From assembly GCA_964057225.1 (NCBI GenBank), contig OZ059900.1, positions 8,432,001-8,496,000 of the forward strand: DNA of 64,000 bases, in the 5' to 3' direction. Under the pieces are notes generated by a model. The model made no database searches. It worked only from the letters and a program-made list of their open reading frames with translations, and was not told the origin of the DNA. Positions within the stretch are counted from its first letter, which is position 1; each line of letters opens with the position of its first letter. The stretch is from Auanema rhodensis. Lineage: Eukaryota; Animalia; Nematoda. Of the stretch, positions 1 through 13,100 are shown piece by piece. Both the position numbers and the translations under genes were made by a program.

Positions 1-3000
1 CATATTTCAATCAGTTTCGATATTCGTGCAAAATACACCTATATGAACATTCTTTGACAGTATTTCATACATTTAGTCGTTTTAGAAGAAAAAAATATGC
101 TTAAGATCAAAAGTTTGACTGATTTTGCCAAAATGCCCTTCAAACCCCAAAAAACCAATAATTCTTGATATTTTCGGTCCTTTTTGACCAAAGTGGTTAA
201 AATTGGACATATATATGTAAAAATAGTCAAAGTTTATGAATCCTGAATTTCAAATCCATATCTCAAAGGGTCTGATCAAAACATACAGTTTTCACATGTT
301 TTGTACCCAAAATCGTTGAATATATGGCGTTTTGAGCATAAAAAGGCCCATATTTCAATCAGTTTTGATATTCGTGCAAAATACACCTATATGAACATTC
401 TATGACAGTATTTCATACATTTAGTCGTTTTAGAAGAAAAAAATATGCTTAAGATCAAAAGTTTGACTGATTTTGCCATAATGCCCTTCAATCCCCAAAA
501 AACCAATAATTCTTGATATTTTCGTTCCTTTTTGACCAAAGTGGTTAAAATTGAACATATATATGTGAAAATAGTCGAAGTTTATGAATCCTGAATTCAA
601 AATCCATATCTCAAAGGGTCTGATCAAAACATACAGTTTTCACATGTTTTGTACCCAAAATCGTTGAATATATGGCGTTTTGAGCATAAAAAGGCCAATA
701 TTTCAATCAGTTTTGATATTCGTGCAAAATACACCTATATGAACATTCTATGACAGTCTTCCATACATTTAGTCGTTTTAGAAGAAAAAAATATGCTTAA
801 GATCAAAAGTTTGACTGATTTTGCCAAAATGCCCTTCAATCCCCAAAAAACCAATAATTCTTGATATTTTTGGTCCTTTTTGACCAAAGTGGTTAAAATT
901 GGACATATATATGTGAAAATAGTCAAACTTTATGAATCCTGAATTTCAAATCCATATCTCAAAGGGTCTGATCAAAACATAGAGTTTTCACATGTTTTGT
1001 ACCCAAAATCGTTGAATATATGGCGTTTTGAGCATAAAAAGGCCCATATTTCAATCAGTTTCGATATTCGTGCAAAATACACCTATATCAACATTCTATG
1101 ACAGTATTTCATACATTTAGTCGTTTTAGAAGAAAAAAATATGCTTAAGATCAAAAGTTTGACTGATTTTGCCAAAATGCCCTTCAATCTCCAAAAAACC
1201 AATAATTCTTGATATTTTCGGTCCTTTTTGACCAAAATTGGTTAAAATTGGACATATATATGTGAAAATAGTCAAAGTTTATGAATCCTGAATTTCGAAT
1301 CCATATCTGAAAGGGTCTGATCAAAACATACAGTTTTCACATGTTTTGTACCCAAAATCGTTGAATGTATGGCGTTTTGAGCATAAAAAGGCCCATATTT
1401 CAATCAGTTTTGATAATCGTGCAAAATACACCTATATGAACATTCTATGACAGTATTTCATAAATTTAGTCGTTTTAGAAGAAAAAAATATGCTTAAGAT
1501 CAAAAGTTTGACTGATTTTGCCAAAATGTCCTTCAAACCCCAAAAAACCAATAATTCTTGATATTTTCGGTCCTTTTTGACCAAAGTGGTTGAAATTGAA
1601 CATATATATGTGAAAATAGTCAAAGTTTATGAATACTGAATTTCAAATCCATATCTCAAAGGGTCTGATCAAAACATACAGTTTTCACATGTTTTGTACC
1701 CAAAATCGTTGAATATATGGCGTTTTGAGCATAAAAAGGCCCATATTTCAATCAGTTTTGATATTCGTGCAAAATACACCTATATCAACATTCTATGACA
1801 GTATTCCATACATTTAGTCGTTTTAGAAGATAAAAATATGCTTAAGATCAAAAGTTTGACTGATTTAGCCAAAATGCCCTTCAAACCCCAAAAAACCAAT
1901 AATTCTTGATATTTTCGGTCCTTTTTGACCAAAGTGGTTAAAATTGGACATATATATGTAAAAATAGTCGAAGTTTATGAATCCCTAATTTCAAATCCAT
2001 ATCTCAAAGGGTCTGATCAAAACATACAGTTTTCACATGTTTTGTACCCAAAATCGTTGAATATATGGCGTTTTGAGCATAAAAAGGCCCATATTTCAAT
2101 CAGTTTTGATATTCGTGCAAAATACACCTATATCAACATTTTATGACAGTATTCCATACATTTAGTCGTTTTAGAAGAAAAAAATATGCTTAAGATCAAA
2201 AGTTTGACTGATTTAGCCAAAATGCCCTTCAAACCCCAAAAAACCAATAATTCTTGATATTTTCGGTCCTTCTTGACCAAAGTGGTTAAAATTGAACATA
2301 TATATGTAAAAATAGTCAAAGTTTATGAATCCTGAATTTCAAATCCATATCTCAAAGGGTCTGAACAAAACATACAGTTTTCACATGTTTTGTACCCAAA
2401 ATCGTTGAATATATGGCGTTTTGAGCATAAAAAGGCCCATATTTCAATCAGTTTTGATATTCGTGCAAAATACACCTATATGAACATTCTATGACAGTAT
2501 TTCATACATTTAGTCGTTTTAGAAGAAAAAAATATGCTTAAGATCAAAAGTTTGACTGATTTTGCCAAAATGCCCTTCAAACCCCAAAAAACCAATAATT
2601 CTTGATATTTTCGGTCCTTTTTGACCAAAGTGGTTAAAATTGGACATATATATGTGAAAATAGTCGAAGTTCATGAATTCTGAATTTCAAATCCATATCT
2701 CAAAGGGTCTGATCAAAACATACAGTTTTCACATGTTTTGTACCCAAAATCGTTGAATATATGGCGTTTTGAGCATAAAAAGGCCCATATATCAATCAGT
2801 TTTGATATTCGTGCAAAATACACCTATATGAACATTCTATGACAGTATTTCATACATTTAGTCGTTTTAGAAGAAAAAAATATGCTTAAGATCAAAAGTT
2901 TGACTGATTTAGCCAAAATGCCCTTCAAACCCCAAAAAACCAATAATTCTTGATATTTTCGGTCTTTTTTGACCAAAGTGGTTACAATTGAACATATATA

Positions 3001-4278
3001 TGTAAAAATAGTCAAAGTTTATGAATCCTGAATTTCAAATCCATACCTCAAAGGGTCTGATCAAAACATACAGTTTTCACATGTTTTGTACCCAAAATCG
3101 TTGAATATATGGCGTTTTGAGCATAAAAAGGCCCATATTTCAATCAGTTTCGATATTCGTGCAAAATACACCTATAACAACATTCTATGACAGTATTCCA
3201 TACATTTAGTCGTTTTAGAAGAAAAAAATATGCTTAAGATCAAAAGTTTGACTGATTTAGCCAAAATGTCCTTCAAACCCCAAAAAACCAATAATTCTTG
3301 ATATTTTCGGTCCTTTTTGACCAAAGTGGTTAAAATTGAACATATATATGTAAAAATAGTCAAAGTTTATGAATCCTGAATTTCAAATCCATATCTCAAA
3401 GGGTCTGATCAAAACATACAGTTTTCACATGTTTTGTACCCAAAATCGTTGAATATATGGCGTTTTGAGCATAAAAAGGCCCATATTTCAATCAGTTTTG
3501 ATATTCGTGCAAAATACACCTATATGAACATTCTTTGACAGTATTTCATACATTTAGTCGTTTTAGAAGAAAAAAATATGCTTAAGATCAAAAGTTTGAC
3601 TGATTTTGCCAAAATGCCCTTCAAACCCCAAAAAACCAATAATTCTTGATATTTTCGGTCCTTTTTGACCAAAGTGGTTAAAATTGGACATATATATGTG
3701 AAAATAGTCGAAGTTCATGAATTCTGAATTTCAAATCCATATCTCAAAGGGTCTGATCAAAACATACAGTTTTCACATGTTTTGTACCCAAAATCGTTGA
3801 ATATATGGCGTTTTGAGCATAAAAAGGCCCATATATCAATCAGTTTTGATATTCGTGCAAAATACACCTATATGAACATTCTATGACAGTATTTCATACA
3901 TTTAGTCGTTTTAGAAGAAAAAAATATGCTTAAGATCAAAAGTTTGACTGATTTAGCCAAAATGCCCTTCAAACCCCAAAAAACCAATAATTCTTGATAT
4001 TTTCGGTCTTTTTTGACCAAAGTGGTTACAATTAAACATATATATGTAAAAATAGTCAAAGTTTATGAATCCTGAATTTCAAATCCATATCTCAAAGGGT
4101 CTGATCAAAACATACAGTTTTCACATGTTTTGTACCCAAAATCGTTGAATATATGGCGTTTTGAGCATAAAAAGGCCCATATTTCAATCAGTTTTGATAT
4201 TTCTGCAAAATACACCTATATGAACATTCTATGACAGTATTTCATACATTTAGTCGTTTTAGAAGAAAAAAATATGCT
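1..4278 (+). repeat. Left satellite block, orientation A (CATATTTCAATC... on + strand), ~12.3 monomers
   Basis: Head-to-tail monomers. The last monomer starts at 4178 and is cut at monomer position 101 (...AAAATATGCT, 4278). One 349-bp monomer (ACCAAAATTGG near 1236). Confidence 0.95.
4261..4278 (+). repeat. Left copy of 18-bp direct repeat AGAAGAAAAAAATATGCT flanking the inverted block (TSD-like)
   Basis: Monomer positions 84-101 are present immediately before the left junction and again immediately after the right junction. The sequence is directly visible; the TSD interpretation is inference. Confidence 0.6.
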
Positions 4279-4287
4279 AACAAATAA
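4279..4287. other. 9-bp junction filler AACAAATAA
   Basis: Between ...AATATGCT (orientation A) and CACGAATATC (orientation B). It does not continue either arm (expected TAAGATC and GTATTTTG respectively). It could also be read as a 1-bp deletion plus a 7-bp filler. Confidence 0.85.
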
Positions 4288-7200
4288 CACGAATATCGAA
4301 ACTGATTGAAATATGGGCCTTTTTATGCTCAAAACGCCATATATTCAACGATTTTGGGTACAAAACATGTGAAAACTGTATGTTTTGATCAGACCCTTTG
4401 AGATATGGATTTGAAATTCAGGATTCATAAACTTTGACTATTTTCACATATATATGTTCAATTTTAACCACTTTGGTCAAAAAGGACCGAAAATATCAAG
4501 AATTATTGGTTTTTTGGGGTTTGAAGGACATTTTGGCTAAATCAGTCAAACTTTTGATCTTAAGCATATTTTTTTCTTCTAAAACGACTAAATGTATGAA
4601 ATACTGTCATAGAATGTTCATATAGGTGTATTTTGCACGAATATCGAAACTGATTGAAATATGGGCCTTTTTATGCTCAAAACGCCATATATTCAACGAT
4701 TTTGGGTACAAAACATGTGAAAACTGTATGTTTTGATCAGACCCTTTGAGATATGGATTTGAAATTCAGGATTCATAAACTTTGACTATTTTCACATATA
4801 TATGTTCAATTTTAACCACTTTGGTCAAAAAGGACCGAAAATATCAAGAATTATTGGTTTTTTGGGGTTTGAAGGGCATTTTGGCTAAATCAGTCAAACT
4901 TTTGGCATATTTTTTTCTTCTAAAACGACTAAATGTTAGGAATACTGTCATAGAATGTTGATATAGGTGTATTTTGCACGGATATCAAAACTGATTGAAA
5001 TATGGGCCTTTTTATGCTCAAAACGCCATATATTCAACAATTTTGGGTACAAAACATGTGAAAACTGTATGTTTTGATCAGACCCTTTGAGATATGGATT
5101 TGAAATTCAGGATTCATAAACTTTGACTATTTTCACATATATATGTTCAATTTTAACCACTTTGGTCAAAAAGGACCGAAAATATCAAGAATTATTGGTT
5201 TTTTGGGGTTTGAAGGACATTTTGGCTAAATCAGTCAAACTTTTGATCTTAAGCATATTTTCTTCTTCTAAAACGACTAAATGTATGAAATACTGTCATA
5301 AAATGTTCATATAGGTGTATTTTGCACGAATATCAAAACTGATTGAAATATGGGCCTTTTTATGCTCAAAACGCCATATATTCAACGATTTTGGGTACAA
5401 AACATGTGAAAACTGTATGTTTTGATCAGACCCTTTGAGATATGGATTTGAAGTTCAGGATTCATAAACTTTGACTATTTTCACATATATATGTTCAATT
5501 TTAACCACTTTGGTCAAAAAGGACCGAAAATATCAAGAATTATTGGTTTTTTGGGGTTTGAAGGGCATTTTGGCTAAATCAGTCAAACTTTTGGCATATT
5601 TTTTTCTTCTAAAACGACTAAATGTTAGGAATACTGTCATAGAATGTTGATATAGGTGTATTTTGCACGAATATCGAAACTGATTGAAATATGGGCCTTT
5701 TTATGCTCAAAACGCCATATATTCAACGATTTTGGGTACAAAACATGTGAAAACTGTATGTTTTGATCAGACCCTTTGAGATATGGATTTGAAATTCAGG
5801 ATTCATAAACTTTGACTATTTTCACATATATATGTTCAATTTTAACCACTTTGGTCAAAAAGGACCGAAAATATCAAGAATTATTGGTTTTTTGGGGTTT
5901 GAAGGACATTTTGGCTAAATCAGTCAAACTTTTGATCTTAAGCATATTTTTTTCTTCTAAAACGACTAAATGTATGAAATACTGTCATAGAATGTTCATA
6001 TAGGTGTATTTTGCACGAATATCGAAACTGATTGAAATATGGGCCTTTTTATGCTCAAAACGCCATATATTCAACGATTTTGGGTACAAAACATGTGAAA
6101 ACTGTATGTTTTGATCAGACCCTTTGAGATATGGATTTGAAATTCAGGATTCATAAACTTTGACTATTTTCACATATATATGTTCAATTTTAACCACTTT
6201 GGTCAAAAAGGACCGAAAATATCAAGAATTATTGGTTTTTTGGGGTTTGAAGGGCATTTTGGCTAAATCAGTCAAACTTTTGGCATATTTTTTTCTTCTA
6301 AAACGACTAAATGTTAGGAATACTGTCATAGAATGTTGATATAGGTGTATTTTGCACGGATATCAAAACTGATTGAAATATGGGCCTTTTTATGCTCAAA
6401 ACGCCATATATTCAACAATTTTGGGTACAAAACATGTGAAAACTGTATGTTTTGATCAGACCCTTTGAGATATGGATTTGAAATTCAGGATTCATAAACT
6501 TTGACTATTTTCACATATATATGTTCAATTTTAACCACTTTGGTCAAAAAGGACCGAAAATATCAAGAATTATTGGTTTTTTGGGGTTTGAAGGACATTT
6601 TGGCTAAATCAGTCAAACTTTTGATCTTAAGCATATTTTCTTCTTCTAAAACGACTAAATGTATGAAATACTGTCATAAAATGTTCATATAGGTGTATTT
6701 TGCACGAATATCAAAACTGATTGAAATATGGGCCTTTTTATGCTCAAAACGCCATATATTCAACGATTTTGGGTACAAAACATGTGAAAACTGTATGTTT
6801 TGATCAGACCCTTTGAGATATGGATTTGAAGTTCAGGATTCATAAACTTTGACTATTTTCACATATATATGTTCAATTTTAACCACTTTGGTCAAAAAGG
6901 ACCGAAAATATCAAGAATTATTGGTTTTTTGGGGTTTGAAGGGCATTTTGGCTAAATCAGTCAAACTTTTGGCATATTTTTTTCTTCTAAAACGACTAAA
7001 TGTTAGGAATACTGTCATAGAATGTTGATATAGGTGTATTTTGCACGAATATCGAAACTGATTGAAATATGGGCCTTTTTATGCTCAAAACGCCATATAT
7101 TCAACGATTTTGGGTACAAAACATGTGAAAACTGTATGTTTTGATCAGACCCTTTGAGATATGGATTTGAAATTCAGGATTCATAAACTTTGACTATTTT

Positions 7201-8110
7201 CACATATATATGTTCAATTTTAACCACTTTGGTCAAAAAGGACCGAAAATATCAAGAATTATTGGTTTTTTGGGGTTTGAAGGACATTTTGGCAAAATCA
7301 GTCAAACTTTTGATCTTAAGCATATTTTTTTCTTCTAAAACGACTAGATGTATGGAATACTGTCATAGAATGTTGATATAGGTGTATTTTGCACGAATAT
7401 CGAAACTGATTGAAATATGGGCCTTTTTATGCTCAAAACGCCATATATTCAACGATTTTGGGTACAAAACATGTGAAAACTGTATGTTTTGATCAAACCC
7501 TTTGAGATATGGATTTGAAATTCAGGATTCATAAACTTTGACTATTTTCACATATATATGTTCAATTTTAACCACTTTGGTCAAAAAGGACCGAAAATAT
7601 CAAGAATTATTGGTTTTTTGGGGTTTGAAGGGCATTTTGGCTAAATCAGTCAAACTTTTGGCATATTTTTTTCTTCTAAAACGACTAAATGTTAGGAATA
7701 CTGTCATAGAATGTTGATATAGGTGTATTTTGCACGGATATCAAAACTGATTGAAATATGGGCCTTTTTATGCTCAAAACGCCATATATTCAACAATTTT
7801 GGGTACAAAACATGTGAAAACTGTATGTTTTGATCAGACCCTTTGAGATATGGATTTGAAATTCAGGATTCATAAACTTTGACTATTTTCACATATATAT
7901 GTTCAATTTTAACCACTTTGGTCAAAAAGGACCGAAAATATCAAGAATTATTGGTTTTTTGGGGTTTGAAGGACATTTTGGCAAAATCAGTCAAACTTTT
8001 GATCTTAAGCATATTTTTTTCTTCTAAAACGACTAGATGTATGGAATACTGTCATAGAATGTTGATATAGGTGTATTTTGCACGAATATCGAAACTGATT
8101 GAAATATGGG
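4288..8110 (-). repeat. 689-bp dimeric higher-order repeat (348 + 341 bp), partly organised as a 1378-bp tetramer
   Basis: Intact ORFs at 4434, 5123, 5812, 6501, 7190 and 7879 (spacing 689). Alternate monomers read AAACTTTTGGCATAT instead of AAACTTTTGATCTTAAGCATAT. Markers CACGGATATC and GAAGTTCAGG recur at 1378-bp spacing. Confidence 0.9.
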
Positions 8111-8453
8111 CCTTTTTATGCTCAAAACGCCATATATTCAACGATTTTGGGTACAAAACATGTGAAAACTGTATGTTTTGATCAAACCCTTTGAGATATG
8201 GATTTGAAATTCAGGATTCATAAACTTCGACTATTTCTACAAATATATGTCCAATTTTAACCACTTTGGTCAAAAAGGACCGAAAATATCAAGAATTATT
8301 GGTTTTTTGGGGTTTGAAGGGCATTTTGGCAAAATCAGACAAACTTTTGATCTTAAGCATATTTTTTTCTTCTAAAACGACTAAATGTATGAAATACTGT
8401 CAAAGAATGTTCATATAGGTGTATTTTGCACGAATATCGAAACTGATTGAAAT

Positions 8454-8626
8454 ATGGGCCTTTTTATGCTCAAAACGCCATATATTCAACGATTTTGGGT
8501 ACAAAACATGTGAAAACTGTATGTTTTGAACAGACCCTTTGAGATATGGATTTGAAAATCAGGATTCATAAACTTTGACTATTTTTACATATATATGTTC
8601 AATTTTAACCACTTTGGTCAAAAAGG
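8454..8626 (-). repeat. 173-bp truncated monomer (175-bp deletion)
   Basis: Novel junction GGTCAAAAAGG-ATGGGCC at 8626/8627; ATGGGCC recurs after 173 bp. Confidence 0.92.
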
Positions 8627-10004
8627 ATGGGCCTTTTTATGCTCAAAACGCCATATATTCAACGATTTTGGGTACAAAACATGTGAAAACTGTATGTTTT
8701 GATCAGACCCTTTGAGATATGGATTTGAAATTCAGGATTCATAAACTTTGACTATTTTCACATATATATGTTCAATTTTAACCACTTTGGTCAAAAAGGA
8801 CCGAAAATATCAAGAATTATTGGTTTTTTGGGGTTTGAAGGGCATTTTGGCTAAATCAGTCAATCTTTTGGCATATTTTTTTCTTCTAAAACGACTAAAT
8901 GTTAGGAACACTGTCATAGAATGTTGATATAGGTGTATTTTGCACGAATATCAAAACTGATTGAAATATGGGCCTTTTTATGCTCAAAACGCCATATATT
9001 CAACAATTTTGGGTACAAAACATGTGAAAACTGTATGTTTTGATCAGACCCTTTGAGATATGGATTTGAAATTCAGGATTCATAAACTTTGACTATTTTC
9101 ACATATATATGTTCAATTTTAACCACTTTGGTCAAAAAGGACCGAAAATATCAAGAATTATTGGTTTTTTGGGGTTTGAAGGACATTTTGGCTAAATCAG
9201 TCAAACTTTTGATCTTAAGCATATTTTCTTCTTCTAAAACGACTAAATGTATGAAATACTGTCAAAGATTGTTCATATAGGTGTATTTTGCACGAATATC
9301 AAAACTGATTGAAATATGGGCCTTTTTATGCTCAAAACGCCATATATTCAACGATTTTGGGTACAAAACATGTGAAAACTGTATGTTTTGATCAGACCCT
9401 TTGAGATATGGATTTGAAATTCAGGATTCATAAACTTTGACTATTTTCACATATATATGTTCAATTTTAACCACTTTGGTCAAAAAGGACCGAAAATATC
9501 AAGAATTATTGGTTTTTTGGGGTTTGAAGGGCATTTTGGCTAAATCAGTCAAACTTTTGATCTTAAGCATATTTTCTTCTTCTAAAACGACTAAATGTAT
9601 GAAATACTGTCATAAAATGTTCATATAGGTGTATTTTGCACGAATATCAAAACTGATTGAAATATGGGCCTTTTTATGCTCAAAACGCCATATATTCAAC
9701 GATTTTGGGTACAAAACATGTGAAAACTGTATGTTTTGATCAGACCCTTTGAGATATGGATTTGAAATTCAGGATTCATAAACTTTGACTATTTTCACAT
9801 ATATATGTTCAATTTTAACCACTTTGGTCAAAAAGGACCGAAAATATCAAGAATTATTGGTTTTTTGGGGTTTGAAGGGCATTTTGGCTAAATCAGTCAA
9901 ACTTTTGGCATATTTTTTTCTTCTAAAACGACTAAATGTTAGGAACACTGTCATAGAATGTTGATATAGGTGTATTTTGCACGAATATCAAAACTGATTG
10001 AAAT

Positions 10005-10177
10005 ATGGGCCTTTTTATGCTCAAAACGCCATATATTCAACAATTTTGGGTACAAAACATGTGAAAACTGTATGTTTTGCTCAGACCCTTTGAGATATGG
10101 ATTTGAAATTCAGGATTCATAAACTTTGACTATTTTCACATATATATGTTCAATTTTAACCACTTTGGTCAAAAAGG
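10005..10177 (-). repeat. 173-bp truncated monomer
   Basis: Same AAAAAGG-ATGGGCC junction at 10177/10178. Confidence 0.92.
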
Positions 10178-13100
10178 ATGGGCCTTTTTATGCTCAAAAC
10201 GCCATATATTCAACGATTTTGGGTACAAAACATGTGAAAACTGTATGTTTTGATCAGACCCTTTGAGATATGGATTTGAAATTCAGGATTCATAAACTTT
10301 GACTATTTTCACATATATATGTTCAATTTTAACCACTTTGGTCAAAAAGGACCGAAAATATCAAGAATTATTGGTTTTTTGGGGTTTGAAGGACATTTTG
10401 GCTAAATCAGTCAAACTTTTGATCTTAAGCATATTTTCTTCTTCTAAAACGACTAAATGTATGAAATACTGTCATAAAATGTTCATATAGGTGTATTTTG
10501 CACGAATATCAAAACTGATTGAAATATGGGCCTTTTTATGCTCAAAACGCCATATATTCAACGATTTTGGGTACAAAACATGTGAAAACTGTATGTTTTG
10601 ATCAGACCCTTTGAGATATGGATTTGAAATTCAGGATTCATAAACTTTGACTATTTTCACATATATATGTTCAATTTTAACCACTTTGGTCAAAAAGGAC
10701 CGAAAATATCAAGAATTATTGGTTTTTTGGGGTTTGAAGGGCATTTTGGCTAAATCAGTCAAACTTTTGGCATATTTTTTTCTTCTAAAACGACTAAATG
10801 TTAGGAACACTGTCATAGAATGTTGATATAGGTGTATTTTGCACGAATATCAAAACTGATTGAAATATGGGCCTTTTTATGCTCAAAACGCCATATATTC
10901 AACAATTTTGGGTACAAAACATGTGAAAACTGTATGTTTTGATCAGACCCTTTGAGATATGGATTTGAAATTCAGGATTCATAAACTTTGACTATTTTCA
11001 CATATATATGTTCAATTTTAACCACTTTGGTCAAAAAGGACCGAAAATATCAAGAATTATTGGTTTTTTGGGGTTTGAAGGACATTTTGGCTAAATCAGT
11101 CAAACTTTTGATCTTAAGCATATTTTCTTCTTCTAAAACGACTAAATGTATGAAATACTGTCAAAGATTGTTCATATAGGTGTATTTTGCACGAATATCA
11201 AAACTGATTGAAATATGGGCCTTTTTATGCTCAAAACGCCATATATTCAACGATTTTGGGTACAAAACATGTGAAAACTGTATGTTTTGATCAGACCCTT
11301 TGAGATATGGATTTGAAATTCAGGATTCATAAACTTTGACTATTTTCACATATATATGTTCAATTTTAACCACTTTGGTCAAAAAGGACCGAAAATATCA
11401 AGAATTATTGGTTTTTTGGGGTTTGAAGGGCATTTTGGCTAAATCAGTCAAACTTTTGATCTTAAGCATATTTTCTTCTTCTAAAACGACTAAATGTATG
11501 AAATACTGTCATAAAATGTTCATATAGGTGTATTTTGCACGAATATCAAAACTGATTGAAATATGGGCCTTTTTATGCTCAAAACGCCATATATTCAACG
11601 ATTTTGGGTACAAAACATGTGAAAACTGTATGTTTTGATCAGACCCTTTGAGATATGGATTTGAAATTCAGGATTCATAAACTTTGACTATTTTCACATA
11701 TATATGTTCAATTTTAACCACTTTGGTCAAAAAGGACCGAAAATATCAAGAATTATTGGTTTTTTGGGGTTTGAAGGGCATTTTGGCTAAATCAGTCAAA
11801 CTTTTGGCATATTTTTTTCTTCTAAAACGACTAAATGTTAGGAACACTGTCATAGAATGTTGATATAGGTGTATTTTGCACGAATATCAAAACTGATTGA
11901 AATATGGGCCTTTTTATGCTCAAAACGCCATATATTCAACAATTTTGGGTACAAAACATGTGAAAACTGTATGTATTGATCAGACCCTTTGAGATATGGA
12001 TTTGAAATTCAGGATTCATAAACTTTGACTATTTTTACATATTTATGTCCAATTTTAACCACTTTGGTCAAAAAGGACCGAAAATATCAAGAATTATTGG
12101 TTTTTTGGGGTTTGAAGGACATTTTGGCTAAATCAGTCAAACTTTTGATCTTAAGCATATTTTCTTCTTCTAAAACGACTAAATGTATGAAATACTGTCA
12201 AAGATTGTTCATATAGGTGTATTTTGCACGAATATCAAAACTGATTGAAATATGGGCCTTTTTATGCTCAAAACGCCATATATTCAACGATTTTGGGTAC
12301 AAAACATGTGAAAACTGTATGTTTTGATCAGACCCTTTGAGATATGGATTTGAAATTCAGGATTCATAAACTTTGACTATTTTCACATATATATGTTCAA
12401 TTTTAACCACTTTGGTCAAAAAGGACCGAAAATATCAAGAATTATTGGTTTTTTGGGGTTTGAAGGACATTTTGGCTAAATCAGTCAAACTTTTGATCTT
12501 AAGCATATTTTTTTCTTCTAAAACGACTAAATGTATGAAATACTGTCATAGAATGTTCATATAGGTGTATTTTGCACGAATATCGAAACTGATTGAAATA
12601 TGGGCCTTTTTATGCTCAAAACGCCATATATTCAACGATTTTGGGTACAAAACATGTGAAAACTGTATGTTTTGATCAGACCCTTTGAGATATGGATTTG
12701 AAATTCAGGATTCATAAACTTTGACTATTTTCACATATATATGTTCAATTTTAACCACTTTGGTCAAAAAGGACCGAAAATATCAAGAATTATTGGTTTT
12801 TTGGGGTTTGAAGGACATTTTGGCTAAATCAGTCAAACTTTTGATCTTAAGCATATTTTTTTCTTCTAAAACGACTAAATGTATGAAATACTGTCATAGA
12901 ATGTTCATATAGGTGTATTTTGCACGAATATCGAAACTGATTGAAATATGGGCCTTTTTGTGCTCAAAACGCCATATATTCAACGATTTTGGGTACAAAA
13001 CATGTGAAAACTGTATGTTTTGATCAGACCCTTTGAGATATGGATTTGAAATTCAGGATTCATAAACTTTGACTATTTTCACATATATATGTTCAATTTT

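Noticed and set aside
1-348. CENP-B box or assignment to a named satellite family
   Set aside because: No NTTCGNNNNANNCGGGN match is visible. Satellites of about 350 bp exist in several plants and insects, but length alone is not identification and I do not recognise the sequence. A BLASTN of the monomer against nt and satellite databases is needed.
1-348. 5S rDNA, tRNA or snRNA tandem gene unit
   Set aside because: About 31% GC with no recognisable 5S, tRNA cloverleaf, spliced-leader or Pol III box A/B/C sequence.
4000-4600. Recent fold-back (hairpin) duplication or chimeric-read palindrome creating the inversion
   Set aside because: The arms are not mirror copies. Flank monomers carry GGTTACAA, GGTCTTTT and GTAAAAAT, while the first inverted monomers carry different alleles and the 341-bp deletion. 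The same mismatch is seen at the right junction.
4934-4942. TTAGG in the TGTTAGG variant as an arthropod-type telomeric motif
   Set aside because: A single isolated pentamer per monomer, created by a two-base change; never tandemly repeated.
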